From positions 147,064,001 to 147,128,000 of the forward strand of contig NC_042997.1 in the NCBI RefSeq assembly GCF_006345805.1: a stretch of DNA of 64,000 bases, given 5' to 3'. Positions 26,572-40,056 of this stretch are shown one piece after another. The notes under the pieces are model-generated. The model did no database searches. It had not been told where the DNA came from and saw nothing but the letters and a program-made list of their open reading frames with translations. Source of the DNA: Octopus sinensis (taxonomy: Eukaryota). A program made the position numbers and the translations under genes. Numbering within the stretch: position 1 is the first letter of the stretch; each line of letters opens with the position of its first letter.

Positions 26572-26573
<2 letters not shown>
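26340..26573 (+). mobile_element. Short Penelope-like terminal repeat (family P1) with minimal hammerhead-like motif at 26444-26480
   Basis: cttt-CTGTGGA-A-GAGC gtag GCTC-GAAAC-GTT-aaag; homologous to four other loci; ends at (TA)n. Confidence 0.65.
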
Positions 26574-26633
<60 letters not shown>

Positions 26634-26935
26634 GCATACACATATACATTCGTATATATTCATACATGCATAGACACCACACACGTGTCCATGTATAAAG
26701 ATCACTTATCAATTTACTGGTGTTTTTTTAGGTAGACATTTAAGTCATTTGTATTGACTAGTAGTTAATCTGTCACTCTAAAGGAAATTGAACTCTGTGG
26801 TTATGACATGGATCTTTGCATGTGAATATGTGTATGTATTGACACACATACACGTGAGTGTGCGCTTCTGAGCGTGTGCGCGTATGTGTCTACATGTACC
26901 TGCATGTGGCTTCCTATATATATATGTATATATAT

Positions 26936-26977
<42 letters not shown>

Positions 26978-27673
26978 TGTATGTGTTTATTCTTATATAA
27001 GTATGATTATGTATGTCAGAAACCTATTGAACTATATATATGTTAACTTTGAGCAATCATTTTAAATGAAATCATTTTCAACCGAATATCACACGTTCTT
27101 TCAATCCCTATTGTTAATTTAAATAACATATTATAAAGCATTGTATTTGTGCCATAAAATATATCTACAATTAGAAAATATGCACATGGCAATTCTCTTT
27201 TAAACAGCTTTCTCTGTTTCGATCGAATCATAGCATGAAGATAACAGCAGGATACTATCTATCTATAAATTTGTTCTTAAAATACAGAATATGTTGTTGC
27301 AGCTAATGCATTGTATTTCGGCAATGAGAAAACGAACGACATGTTATAGACAATTTACTAAACCATGAAGAAAAAAAAAATCAAAAATTAAAACAAAAAC
27401 CAAAGGAAAAGAAAAAAAACAACAACTTTGATAACAAATTCTCGAAGACAACAAGAATAATATTAATTATCTATTTGATCTATTTAACGTGATTTCACCT
27501 ATTATAGTCTCCAGTCAAGATATGGCATACATATGTAAAGATAACGAAAGTAAATTAATAGAATATAGTTGAAATGAAATTATTCTATACTTCTGTGCAT
27601 ACACATTACATGAATACATGTATATACTTGTGTAAATGTGTGTATGTATATGCATATGTATATATACATATGC

Positions 27674-27717
<44 letters not shown>

Positions 27718-27852
27718 TCATTTATATTATAATGAGGGTACTACTATTCGTAGATACCAACACGTAGATACCACATATATATATATACATATATATATAT
27801 ACATATATATACATGCATATATATATATACACATGCATACATATATATATAT

Positions 27853-27888
<36 letters not shown>

Positions 27889-28029
27889 CATGCATATATA
27901 TATACATGTACATATTTTGTGTCATATTGTATGTGTATAAGTGATTATATACATTCATACTCATAAATTTATGCATATATTTGTACGTATCTATCTAGCT
28001 ATTTATCTCTGTAGATGTGTACACACACA

Positions 28030-28185
28030 CACTAACATACCTACCTACCTACCCACCCACCTACCTACCTACCTACCTACCTACCTACCTACCTACCTAC
28101 CTACCTACGTACCTACCTTCCTACCTACATACATACATACATACATACATACATACATACATACATACATACATACATGCATACA
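28030..28185 (+). repeat. (CCTA)n-(TACA)n microsatellite
   Basis: Read directly. Confidence 0.95.
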
Positions 28186-28971
28186 TATGTCAAAATCTCT
28201 GTAAAACATGAAAAACAGAGCAGACATGATTTGCGACAGAGAAAGCCGAGTAATAGCAATCAATTGTTCAAAACACGTTAACATAATGTTAGAACTAAAA
28301 AAGAAAAAAAATGGCAAGAAAATATCTATGCCGAACAAATAAAAGATTCTGCTAACACCGCGTTTAGACAATACTTTTTGATTTAAACCTGTAATTATTG
28401 GGACAATTGGTTATGTAACTAACTGCCTCAAAGACAATCATGAGAAGATGTGCTTCACAAAACCAGAAAGGACATGGCTAATTAAGAAATTACAATTAGA
28501 AGCCATTAATCGAGTTAGAAACACATACAAAACATTACAGCAGTTTAGCCGGTAGTATGTATACACGTATAGAGAAACAAACATATGGTTGTAACACTCA
28601 TACACACATGCAAATTCGCACAAGCAAAAATATACATACAAACACATAGGCACGCACCAAATATATGAAGACAGCTACTACATACATACATGCATGCATA
28701 CGTGGAATTTGGCTATGTGACTAACTACCACAGTAATAATCTTGAGAAATCTGGGATTCACAAAGGCAGATAAAAAAAACAACATGCCTAATTGGAAAAT
28801 TACAACTTTAAGCTGTCAAGAGTGTTGTCAAAATATGTAAAACATTTATAAAGCTTAGTAATAAGATCCGCAAAAGCAACAGCATCCATGTCTCCACCCG
28901 TATCTACATTCTACATGTCAATATATATATATGCATACATGTACGCATTCATACATGTGAGCATGCATACG

Positions 28972-29465
<494 letters not shown>

Positions 29466-29479
29466 TTCCTTTTTTTCTT

Positions 29480-29690
29480 TTATTCTTTTACCTGTTTCAG
29501 TCATTTGAATGTAGACATGCTGGAGCACCGCCTCGAAGGGCTCTAAATCAGACAAATAGATCCGAGGACATATCTTAAGCTTAGTACTTATTCTATCAGT
29601 ATCTTTTGCCGAATAGCTGAATTACGGGGACGTAAACACAGTAACACCGTTTGTTAAACAGAGATGGGAGGACAAACACAAGCACACAGA
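29480..29690 (-). mobile_element. SINE family A, 3' half
   Basis: cctgtttcagtcatt..catgctggagcaccgcct..tacttattctatc..gggacgtaaacac. Confidence 0.8.
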
Positions 29691-29724
29691 TACACGCGCG
29701 CGCGCACACACACACCTTGAGAGA

Positions 29725-30190
29725 GCCGAACAATAGTATGAACACAAGCCAGAGGGAGTAATGGAAAACGAACATTACAAAATACTCTGGGATTTTAAAA
29801 TGCAGTGCTGGAGAGACGACCAGATATTGTACTCATCCATAAAGATGAAAAAGAAGTAAAGATAACAGATGTTGCAACAGCAGGCGATTCAAGGTTGAAA
29901 TGTAAGGTAATGGGTATGAGGAAAATAAGGCGACACCGGTGGTAATTTGAGGATTAAGAGCAGTTTCAAATATTAAGAATATTGGAGCTGCTGTCAGGCT
30001 CGAGGTGATCCAGAAGACAACATTGTTAGGTACAGCTCACATTTTAAGGAGAGTATTGTCTCTTTGAGTCATAGGAGAAGGCACTACTGATTTCTTATTG
30101 CTTGCTTTCAAGTAAAGAATAACCGGTAATTAAGAGCTATCTGAGAGTCTTTCAGAATAGCAACAACAATAATAATGATAATAATAACAC
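29725..30190 (+). mobile_element. R4/Dong-clade LINE, 3' fragment (REL) with (TAA)n-like tail
   Basis: YEHKPEGVMENEHYKILWDFKMQC..RPDIVLIHKDEKEVKITDVA..GDSR..IQKTTLLGTAHILRRVLSL*. Confidence 0.8.
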
Positions 30191-30262
30191 TTACAAAATG
30201 TGCTGAGTGCCTTTCTTTTTGTCTACTCATCCGTATATATATATATATATATACATATATAT

Positions 30263-30317
<55 letters not shown>

Positions 30318-30729
30318 CGTGTGTGTGCATGAGTGCGTGTGTTTATGTGTATGTGTGTGTATGTGTGTACCAACTAATATGCAACATGAAGTTGCATCAT
30401 AACCGAAACAGTATGTAGGCATACACGGATGCAGGCATCACAATATGGTTAAGAAATACATACATACACACACGTACTTACTAAAAGATTATTTTTGATA
30501 GATTTTTTTAATAGCATTGATTGAAGATCAAACATATGGCTAATCTCAATTGTGTGTGTCTTCAAAAGCTTTTGTTGCTTTAAATGTTGCCGGTAAACTT
30601 ACCATGTTTTAAATTTGAATAACATAAATCAGCCTTCATCTGAACTCCCCATTTCTTGCTTTCGACTGATCCAGTGCTTACCTTGTGATGGTTATAACTG
30701 AAACAATTGTTCACTTTATTTATCTAATA

Positions 30730-31148
30730 GGCGGCGAGTTGGCAGAAACGTTAGCACGCCGGGCGAATGCGTAGCCGTATTTCGTCTGTCGTTACGTTCT
30801 GAGTTCAAATTTCGCCGAGGTAGACTTTGCCTTTCATCCTTTCGGGGTCGATCAAATAAGTACCAGTTACGCACTGGGGTCGATATAATCGACTTAATTC
30901 GTTTGTCTGTCCTTGTTTGTCCCCTCTGTGTTCAGCCCCTTGTGGGTAGTAAAGAAATAGAAATAGGTATTTCGTCTGCCGTTATGTTCTGAGTTCAAAT
31001 TCCGCCGAGGTCGACTTTGCCTTTCATCCTTTCGGGGTCGATCAAATAAGTACCAGTTACGCACTGGGGTCGATATAATCGACTTAATCCGTTTGTCTGT
31101 CCTTGTTTGTTCTCTCTGTGTTTAGCCCCTTGTGGGTAGTAAAGAAAC
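30730..31148 (+). mobile_element. SINE family B tandem dimer; second unit lacks the A-box head
   Basis: Full unit, then aaagaaatagaaatag|gtatttcgtctgccg.. second unit. Confidence 0.9.
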
Positions 31149-32355
31149 AGGTTCACTTTATTTATCTATCAATCACATGCATATACATGCATACATACAT
31201 ACATATATACATACATACATACACACACATGTGTATGTATACATGCACACTCATATGTAGACATGAAACATTGACAAACAGAATTGAAAGTGTTTTAGAA
31301 AGTTACTATAATTCAAAACATTTTTAGTTTTATTCAGGATGGAAGGCATCACCTCTGAGACAAGCGGGTGGGAGGGAGCGAAGATGGCATTCTCAAACTG
31401 GATACCTAGCCTGAATTCTTGCAACGTAGTGGACTCTGTTTAAAATATCTAAGGTGCCAGGTTATGGCTTTTGCTTACGGATTAAGCTTACCATCTAATT
31501 TGGCCATGGCGGGTAAAGCCAGGATAAATGTTGTAAGCCATCCAGTCTGATGTTTTTATTGTCCAGTTAATCCATCGTCTTCGAAATAAAGAAGTGAAAA
31601 CATGAAAAGAATGGTTTTGTTTCTACTTTTTTGTTTCTGACTAGCATTTTAGTGGCTTTCTTTAACACTTTTAGGTGTAAGTCAGTCTCTGTGTGTGCAT
31701 ATATATATATATATATATATTATACACGTACGCATACGCGTACACACGCACAGCCCCACACATAAAGACACGCGAACACACACACGGACACATACACAAA
31801 GACACGCACACAGACCCACACATAAAGACACCCAAACACACGCACGTACGCACACACACATATATACATGCACATACATATACACACATACATATTCACA
31901 TACATACACGTACATAAACACACACGCACATACATACACACACACACACATATATGGAAGTTGACTGTGATTTCAAATTCCATCAAATTTCGACACTAAT
32001 TCAAATAGCGACCAAAATGCAGATTTTGTCGTTATTTATACCCGAAGAATTCTATAAAATGTACGGAGGTGGGGAGAGATTTATTTATATGTGATGATTT
32101 CAGTAATTTTGGCTTGCTGTCAGATTGTCGTAGTAAATTAAATTTTACTTTTTTGAAGTTGAAAAGGCCTTTAAATAGCTATAGAGAAGAAATAAAATAG
32201 TCTATAAATAGTAGTTAATTTATTTTTGATAAAATAGGGTAGTAATGGAGTTTGGTTATATGACTGCTACTCATAATTGGAATCTAATGGTCATTTAAAG
32301 TTGAAACCTAAAGGTCATTTAAAGATGAAAGCGGGGAAGTGGATGACTATGGAGA

Positions 32356-32610
32356 AAAGTGTGTGTTGAAAGGGTGTATGTGGGTATACTTGTTATTGTG
32401 TCAGTTGTTATGTAGATATTTATATATGTTTGTATATATTGAACCCTTACTGCTTAGGAAAGTGTCGATAGAAGCGCTAGTGTGTGTGTTGAAAGGGATG
32501 TATGTTTGTGTGAGCGTGTCTGTTATGATGTGCTAGACGCTACCTAGGTGTGTATATATGCTTGTATATATTGAATCCTTACCACCCAGGAAAAAAATGC
32601 TGATAGAAAT
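32356..32610 (+). repeat. Diverged tandem duplication, unit about 125 bp
   Basis: gtgtgtgttgaaaggg..tgtatatattgaa(c/t)ccttac..aggaaa..gatagaa occurs twice. Confidence 0.75.
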
Positions 32611-33451
32611 CTTAGCATGGCAAATTAAGTATGAGTTGTTGAAATAAGTTGTTTAAATGAGAACTGAAAGCAGTATAAAAGATAAAGAAAATAAACTATA
32701 ATATAAGGAAGGTTGAAACCTTAACAACAAGACCCAGGAATACAGCTTCTCATAACAGATGAAGTAAATACGGATAAGAGTAATGCAATATAAAGCATAC
32801 CACATCGTTGATTTGGTTCTTGATGTTCGAAACACAGCGTTGCTCAAAGGCCTCAAAGAATCAAGTGTGTTGTGAACATACATCGTTTGAAAGAAGACGG
32901 TGTTCTTCGGATACAAAATACAAGAGCGATTAGCATATTAGTGTTCGAATCAGCCAGAACGTATTAAAATTGAATACGTACGCCATTATCTTGATCCTCG
33001 CTATTCTCTGGGCACATAAAGATTTATTATGAAATCTAATTCGTTTTACCAATACATAAACAGACACTCATTGTGTTTGTGGGGTGAGTGTAGGAGTACA
33101 CCCACTCACCCACACTCTACACACCCACACAAATTATTTATGGGAAACGTTTTGAATATGCAAATAAAACTCCTATTCTAATATGCCGGTCACAATCTAA
33201 TGATGCTGACTGGTGAAGCAGTTTTTCGAGATTATACGTAAGGGTTATACGCAAGGAAGTAAACCCTCACAGAAATATAAAGATAACCCCCCATAAACAC
33301 GATGGATTATGAACTTTGACGTTCATACTTTCCTCTACATCAAATTTACTCTCTACATCTCCACATAAAAATTTGCTGCGTATATACCTTGTCTTCGATG
33401 ACAGAATCAGAATACCCAGTATATGGAAATGTGGATCAACACACTGATCCA

Positions 33452-33485
33452 TTACCTGGGATATCCCAGAAACAGCTGTAAGGTA
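33452..33485 (+). other. Hammerhead-like remnant lacking the CUGANGA segment
   Basis: TACCT-GGGATATCCC-A-GAAAC-AGCT-GTA-AGGTA: stem I, palindromic stem II, GAAAC, palindromic tetraloop, GUA. Confidence 0.45.
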
Positions 33486-33825
33486 TTATTATTTACTTTT
33501 GCTTACCTTGACTCACCATTAGAATAATTTCAATGTTCTGATAAGCTTATCCTGCCTTGGTTTTGTTTCCCTCTTCCTTTAATTTATACTCGCTGACTAG
33601 GAAGTAGGCCGCAGATCCCCAACCCTACCCCGTTGTGAACTTCGATCACAGTAGCTTATCAATTGGCGCACTCATAGTACCTATTAGTTTAGATCACCCG
33701 TGGCCTAAACCCTTCCCATTCTCTCTCTCTTTCACCCTCTCTCTCTTTCTCGATATAAATATATATTAGATAATAAATCGAATATTTTACACCTGGTAGC
33801 TTACTTTCACAGTGTTCGTTATGTG

Positions 33826-34893
33826 TATGGTAAATGAAAGACGGAAGATGGAATATACTAGAATTTATTATTAATCACGACAATTGTTTCCACACATCTA
33901 GCATTGATCCCTCACGGATGAGACACTTAACAACCGATTCAGGAGCATCCGGCGGTGAAGATGTGTCTCAACGAATGATAAATAGGCACAACTCTTTAAA
34001 ATAACAGTTCCACAATGTATCTTCTCATTTTGTAGAAAGAAAAGCAACAAGACGAAGGAAATGTCTTCATTTACATAGAAGCGACAGCAGGAGGAGATAA
34101 CGCGAGGTTGTTCAAACCTCCATATTTACTCTTTTACTCTTTTACTTGTTTCAGTCATTTGACTGCGGCCATGCTGGAGCACCGCCTTTAGTCGAGCAAA
34201 TCGACCCCGGGACTTATTCTTTGTAAGCCCAGTACTTATTCTATCGGTCTCTTTTTGCCGAACCGCTAAGTGACGGGGACGTAAACACACCAGCATCGGT
34301 TGTCAAGCAATGCTAGAGGGACAAACACAGACACACAAACATATACATACATATATATATACATATATACGACAGGCTTCTTTCAGTTTCCGTCTATCAA
34401 ATCCACTCTCAAAGCATTAGTCGCCCCGAGGCTATAGCAAAAGACACTTGTCCAAGATGCCACGCAGTGGGACTGAACCCAGAACCACGTGGTTGGTAGG
34501 CACACAGCCACTCCTGCGCCTATAATAATTTGTTGATTATTTTTAATACTTTTCTCGCTGTATTGCGTGCTCGTTAAATATAACCGTTAACAAATATGGA
34601 CGTATAAACGCCCTCGGGTTATCTCCTCCTGCTGTCGCTTCTATGTAAATGAAGACATTTCCATCGTTCTGCTGCTTTTCTTTCTATGTATTGAGAAGAT
34701 ATGTTGCGGAACTGTTATTTTAACGAATTGTGTCTATCTATCACTTGATGAGACACATATGCACCACCGGATGCTCCTGAACAAGTTGCTAAGTGTCCTA
34801 GCCGTGAGGAATCGATGATAGATGCGCCGAAACAGTTGTCGCGATTAATAATAAATTCTCGTTTATTCCATTTTCTGTCTTTCATTTACCATA
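33826..34893. repeat. Large imperfect inverted repeat (arms about 33826-34125 and 34595-34893), probably Penelope-derived, interrupted by a SINE
   Basis: e.g. atgtcttcatttacatagaagcgacagcaggaggagataac vs gttatctcctcctgctgtcgcttctatgtaaatgaagacat; outer tatggtaaatgaaaga / tctttcatttaccata. Confidence 0.85.
34127..34521 (-). mobile_element. SINE family A, young full-length copy
   Basis: Near-identical reverse complement of 21333-21740. Confidence 0.92.
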
Positions 34894-35164
34894 TGTATAT
34901 ATACATATATCTTTCCCATATAAACACGCTTACATATATCAATATAATGCATAGTATACATACAAGGTATATACATATGCACGCGCTTATGTATGTGTGT
35001 ATGTATTGTATATGTGAATAAATGTATATTATTTGGAGTATTCTTGTAAGGAAGGAGCTGGTTTCTAACAAATATACACAACTCCATTGTTGGAATGCGA
35101 GTAACAAAAGCATTGTCACATTTTGAACTTTAGAAAAGTTTGCATCATTTCACTGCTTTGTGAG

Positions 35165-35228
<64 letters not shown>

Positions 35229-35233
<5 letters not shown>

Positions 35234-35560
35234 GGAGAATTCACGAAAAAAACAAAAGACGAAGACAGGTGGTGTAGAAAACAAACATACGTATTAGTGT
35301 AACGCTCGGGAATTGAAAAAGTCTTTTACGTTTCGAGCCTACACTCTTCCACAGAAAGGAACACAGAAAGAAGCAAGGAGAGAAAAAAAAATGTGTGTAG
35401 TGGCTACCGATCTATTATGGCGACCTCCGGACAGATGGGTCACACAGGAGAACGAAGAAGTAGGGGAGATAACAAAGTAATAGTGATCCCAAAACGAAGG
35501 TGCGCGTGTGTGTAAGAGAGTATGTATGTGTGTGTGAAAGAGGGCTGGTGGTCTTGACGT
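35229..35560 (-). mobile_element. Family P1 repeat; hammerhead-like motif at 35322-35358
   Basis: Reverse complement reads cttt-CTGTGGA-A-GAGT gtag GCTC-GAAAC-GTA-aaag; abuts (TA)n. Confidence 0.65.
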
Positions 35561-36954
35561 GTGCGTGTGTGTAAGACTTTCTCTTTATCTCTGTATTATA
35601 TCATTCTTGCATTCGTTTAACGTATCTAAACATTAATTCGTATTTGTATAAAATAATAAATAGTTATATGCATACATTTCGAATTCGGCAAAGACAAGCA
35701 TATATAGAGTACAGTGAGTTGAGGATGAAACAGGGATTAACTGTAAGCCTCCTTGAAATTAGAAGGTAGAAACTGCTGCAAGTGGTATTAAAGATATATG
35801 AAATATAACTAAAAATAATATCAATTAATTCAAATGTTTGGAAAATAAATACAATGCAGCTATGTGTTGGCTGTGTCTTTCAACTGATGAAAGCAATGAA
35901 CTTAACTGTTCTTACTAGTTCTCGGCAGAATATATTATATTCAGATGGCAAGGGTTACGGTGGTCAGTGTATATATAGAAACATGAGAAAAGTAGTGATG
36001 CTTGTTATGAATATCAACGATAAATGAGAAGGAAAATACTTTGGTGAAGCCTTCAACATATGACATACAGATATCTATAGGTTTTAACCAACGTTGTGTT
36101 TTATCATGATTGCAAACAATTCCTTTGTACAGTATATGAGTGGATAGAAAAGAAAATGTTCATTATATAAAATGTTCTATCCAGTTTATTTCAGTTTCTA
36201 ATATTGCTGTGTAACACTGCTCATGAGGAAGATTACTGTAAGAGTGGAAACACACATACAACCGTTCCCTCTTTTTCTCACCTCACACATGTTGTACAGA
36301 CGAAATATTCACAACCATCATGACACAATGTTGACTAAAAGCATGTGCATATGTGTTCTATAGTACATTATAGCAACTAAACAAAACGCTGTTAGCAAAC
36401 CAGTGATTTATATAAACACATGGCATAGCATATAACATTTGCAATAAAGTAAACTGAAAAAAAAAGCCGATTAAGTAAGAGTATTTTTGCATTATTCCTT
36501 ATAGCATATGCTAGGCTAAACATTTCATTAGATACCATTAAATGGTGTGACATTTACACAAAATTAAATAATAAAATATTTCACTTGATATTTGCATCGG
36601 AAAATATGACAAATGATTGCAACCTGTGCACGTGAATAACATAGGTACTATCATAAACCCTTTTACACTGGCATTAGATACGATTACGTGTACATTGGAA
36701 CTAAAAGATACATATGTGCAAATAGAAATAAAAAAGTGTTTCAAAAATAGAATTTTAGGCAACAGCAGTTCCTGAAAATGTTACCTTTCTAAATGGAGAT
36801 AAGTACGAGCAAAAAAAGACAGATACAAATTGCTGAAATGCTAACCGTCGATAATCATACAGAGCTACCGTTTTATTCACATAATAAGTAAAAGCATTCA
36901 AATAGGTATAGACAATGAATGCATGTAAATGAAGAACAAAATAAGTATTAATAG

Positions 36955-37180
36955 ATTTGGTAGAAATTGTCCAACGTTATGGACAGTTTCCAAAAGTCTT
37001 TGACCTACAGATACTTGTTGGATGTTCGAGGCAACAACTCTGGGTCTCTCAGGTCTGTACACCTCACGAATTTCCAGGTTACGCATTGTTTGTGGCATTG
37101 TACAACTCCACGGAACAACAACTTTCCGACTGGCATCGTAAACAACAGCAGGGATTAATAACTGAATTACATTCCTCTGA
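36955..37180 (+). mobile_element. Decayed Penelope-like GIY-YIG C-terminal remnant; repeat-derived 3' flank to about 37640
   Basis: Frameshifted CP..GQ..KSLTYR..LLDVRGNN..H..GIVQLHG..FRLAS..AGINN*ITFL* resembles the PLE end; the flank shares gcgacagcaggaggagataa with the 33.8-34.9 kb foldback. Confidence 0.5.
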
Positions 37181-38138
37181 CAAAAAAAAAAGACTAAGAA
37201 AGATAAACAAAAAAACAACAAAAAACCCAGTAAACTACCTTTTCTCATCCCAAACATAAATGGTCTCACCTGAACTTCACCTCCACTATCACAACATATG
37301 CATTCATACTTACTTGCACACACACATGCAAACAAAGACACACACACACACATATACGCACGCGCACGCACACACCCATTATACACTTTTCCCACCACAT
37401 ACCCAGCAGTATATCACCTCCACTTCGATTTCGCAGAACACAAACATTCACACACGCTCACATGTACTTCTATATACACTTGCATAACACACTCACACAC
37501 AGCCTTATACCATTCTATGCCTGTATCGCTTATCTCCTCCTGCTGTCGCTCTTTTTGATGCAAAACATCATTCAACGATTCTGCTCTACCCACATCCGCT
37601 CTCCCTTTCAACAGACTAATTCACTAAAATCAACATTCCTTTTTTGATTTAATCTTCTTTTTTCTCATTTCCACTTTCCCCCTTTTTCTTTTCCCTACTT
37701 TCCTCTTATCTGTTCTCGACGAAGAAACATTGTCCAAGTGCTGAAATTTCATCTGTTCCTTCTTTACAACGTAATTTTATCCTTTGTACCCGTGTTTCCT
37801 GTTTCGTTTTTTTTTTTTTTTTTTAAATATTTTGTTTGCTTTATTTCTCTCATGATTCCACTTGGATATAATATTAAATTACTACACTGGCGCAGGGCAC
37901 CCGGATTACACTCGATTTATGGAAAGCCATACTTGAATTTAGCTTTTACATCCTTCTTAATATGAAATTCGCAATAAATATCATTTCATAACTTAGAGTA
38001 GAAAATGCTTTCAAGTTTTGAAAGAAGATAGAAAACAGAATTAGAAGAAGGGGGGGAGCTGGAATAGAAGAAAAGTTGCATGAGCAGTATTGTAATCATC
38101 TAGAATTCCAACAATATCAACAACTATGGATAATTGCA

Positions 38139-38139
<1 letters not shown>

Positions 38140-38179
<40 letters not shown>

Positions 38180-38226
38180 TGATGCTGATAATAATAATAA
38201 TAATAATAATAATGATGATGATGATG

Positions 38227-38288
<62 letters not shown>

Positions 38289-38336
38289 AGATACTGATTT
38301 TATGAATTTCAAAATCTAAGAGAGAGCGAGAGAGAG

Positions 38337-38399
<63 letters not shown>

Positions 38400-38400
38400 A
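38140..38400 (+). repeat. (TAA/TGA)n followed by (GA)n/(GAAA)n
   Basis: Read directly. Confidence 0.95.
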
Positions 38401-38779
38401 ATAAAAAACAAAGAAACAAAACAAAAATCAAAGCAACTACAACAAATATCAACTAATGTTTTTCGCTCTGAAGAGCTACTGGCGTCATTGGAAATCACTT
38501 GAAAATAACAAGGATCAAATATATTTTTATAACCATTTCCCGCTACTTTATCCGAAAAACAAGTTTTAATAACAGTAGAAATTTATGTGGCAGTTTCACT
38601 TAATACTACCAGAGGCTGATTTAAAGTTTATAACGTTGACGCCGCTTTAAGAACTACATTTCCTGTCAACAGATTTATCCTAATCTTTTTATTTTTCATT
38701 ACCGCATGATATCGTACAATATGTATTTCAGTTATTTCTGACAATGGAACTATCTACACATTGAATCTTCATGTAGGAG

Positions 38780-39000
38780 GACGGTGAATTGGCTGAATTG
38801 CTAGAACGTTGGAAGAAATGCTTTGCAGTAGTTGTTCTGGATCTTTAGACTCTGAGTTCAAATCCTACCGAGGTCAACTTTGTCTTTCATCGCTCCAGGG
38901 ACTATAGAATAAAGTACAAGTCTAGTAAAGGTGTCAACGGTATCGACTTAATCCCTCCCATCAAAGTTGCTGTCCTTATGTCGAAATCAGAAACCATTAT
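38780..39000 (+). mobile_element. Older SINE family B copy
   Basis: gacggtgaattggctgaattgctag..ctgagttcaaatcc..gaggtcaactttgtctttcatc. Confidence 0.75.
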
Positions 39001-39484
39001 TGTGCACGTGGCTGAGTATTCCTATTCGATAGAGGTCCTCAGCTGTTCAACTTCTTACCTAAAGAAATTAGAGATACAAAAGTAACCTCTACTGAAACAT
39101 TATTAAAACAAACATTGGATAAACTCCTAACGACGGTACCGTTCAATTATACACTCAGGGGGGATTAGATGCTACAAACTCAATCATAGACAAACTTTCA
39201 GTCATAAAGCGGCAACAAAACCGATAAAAAATAAATTAAGGTGGTGCTCCAGCATGGCCGCAGTCATTCGACTGAAACCATTAAAAAAATAAAAGAAAAG
39301 AGCAATATACCATTGAGGTAATGTTCAAGAAGAATCAGCGTTACACTGATTTTTTATATTTCAAGCGTGGTACTTATTCTCTCGGCGTCTTTTGCTGAAC
39401 CGCTAAGTTACTGGGACGGTTCAGCATTTTGATTATAGAAACGTTTAATTTGGAAGGACTTTATACAGTTTCCTGTTGCTTAAA

Positions 39485-39803
39485 TCTCATCACTCACTAG
39501 ACTGCTACTGACTCAACACCTTCATAGACGACAAGGTTTGATCAAGGTTTTGCTTAGTGAGAACGTAGCGATGAGCCCATACTTGCGAAGCAAATTTCTT
39601 AACTCTTCAATCAAGTCTGTATGGTGCACATATTGAACATTGTGAAATCGCTCATGGAATCCACATATCTTTGAATATTCAAATTTGGAGGAATAAATCT
39701 CATGTTGTTCAACATTGAGCCTGTTTAGTTTCACTTGCTTTGACTATGCCGTTTCTGTGATATTTTCATCTGAAATGATATCAATTTTTTTTGAAACACC
39801 CTA
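39485..39803 (-). mobile_element. Terminal fragment of a Tc1/mariner-type DNA element
   Basis: Terminus reads tatagggtgtttcaaaaaaaattg on the minus strand (TA plus CAGGGTG-like TIR); no partner TIR found. Confidence 0.4.
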
Positions 39804-39814
39804 TATATATATAT

Positions 39815-40015
39815 ATAACGGGAAGCTTTATGAAAATAAACAAAAGACGAAAGCAGGTGGAGTACAAACAAACAATTGTATTAGTATGGCGCTCAGGAAT
39901 ATAAATAAAACAAGTCTTTTACGTTTCGAGCCTACGCTCTTCAACAGAAAGATACACAGAAAAGAAACACGGAGAGAAACAAGGAGAGAAAAAAATGCGT
40001 GCAGAAGCTAGCGAA
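39815..40015 (-). mobile_element. Family P1 repeat; hammerhead-like motif at 39915-39952
   Basis: Reverse complement reads tcttt-CTGTTGA-A-GAGC gtag GCTC-GAAAC-GTA-aaaga; flanked by (TA)n. Confidence 0.65.
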
Positions 40016-40016
40016 T

Positions 40017-40056
<40 letters not shown>

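Noticed and set aside
31338-31445. Good plus-strand acceptor followed by an ATG frame
   Set aside because: All frames close within about 35 codons and no convincing donor.
36990-37275. Apparent minus-strand 92-nt intron plus exon, and the 166-aa ORF 36898-37398
   Set aside because: Better explained as the antisense of a decayed Penelope endonuclease and its flank.
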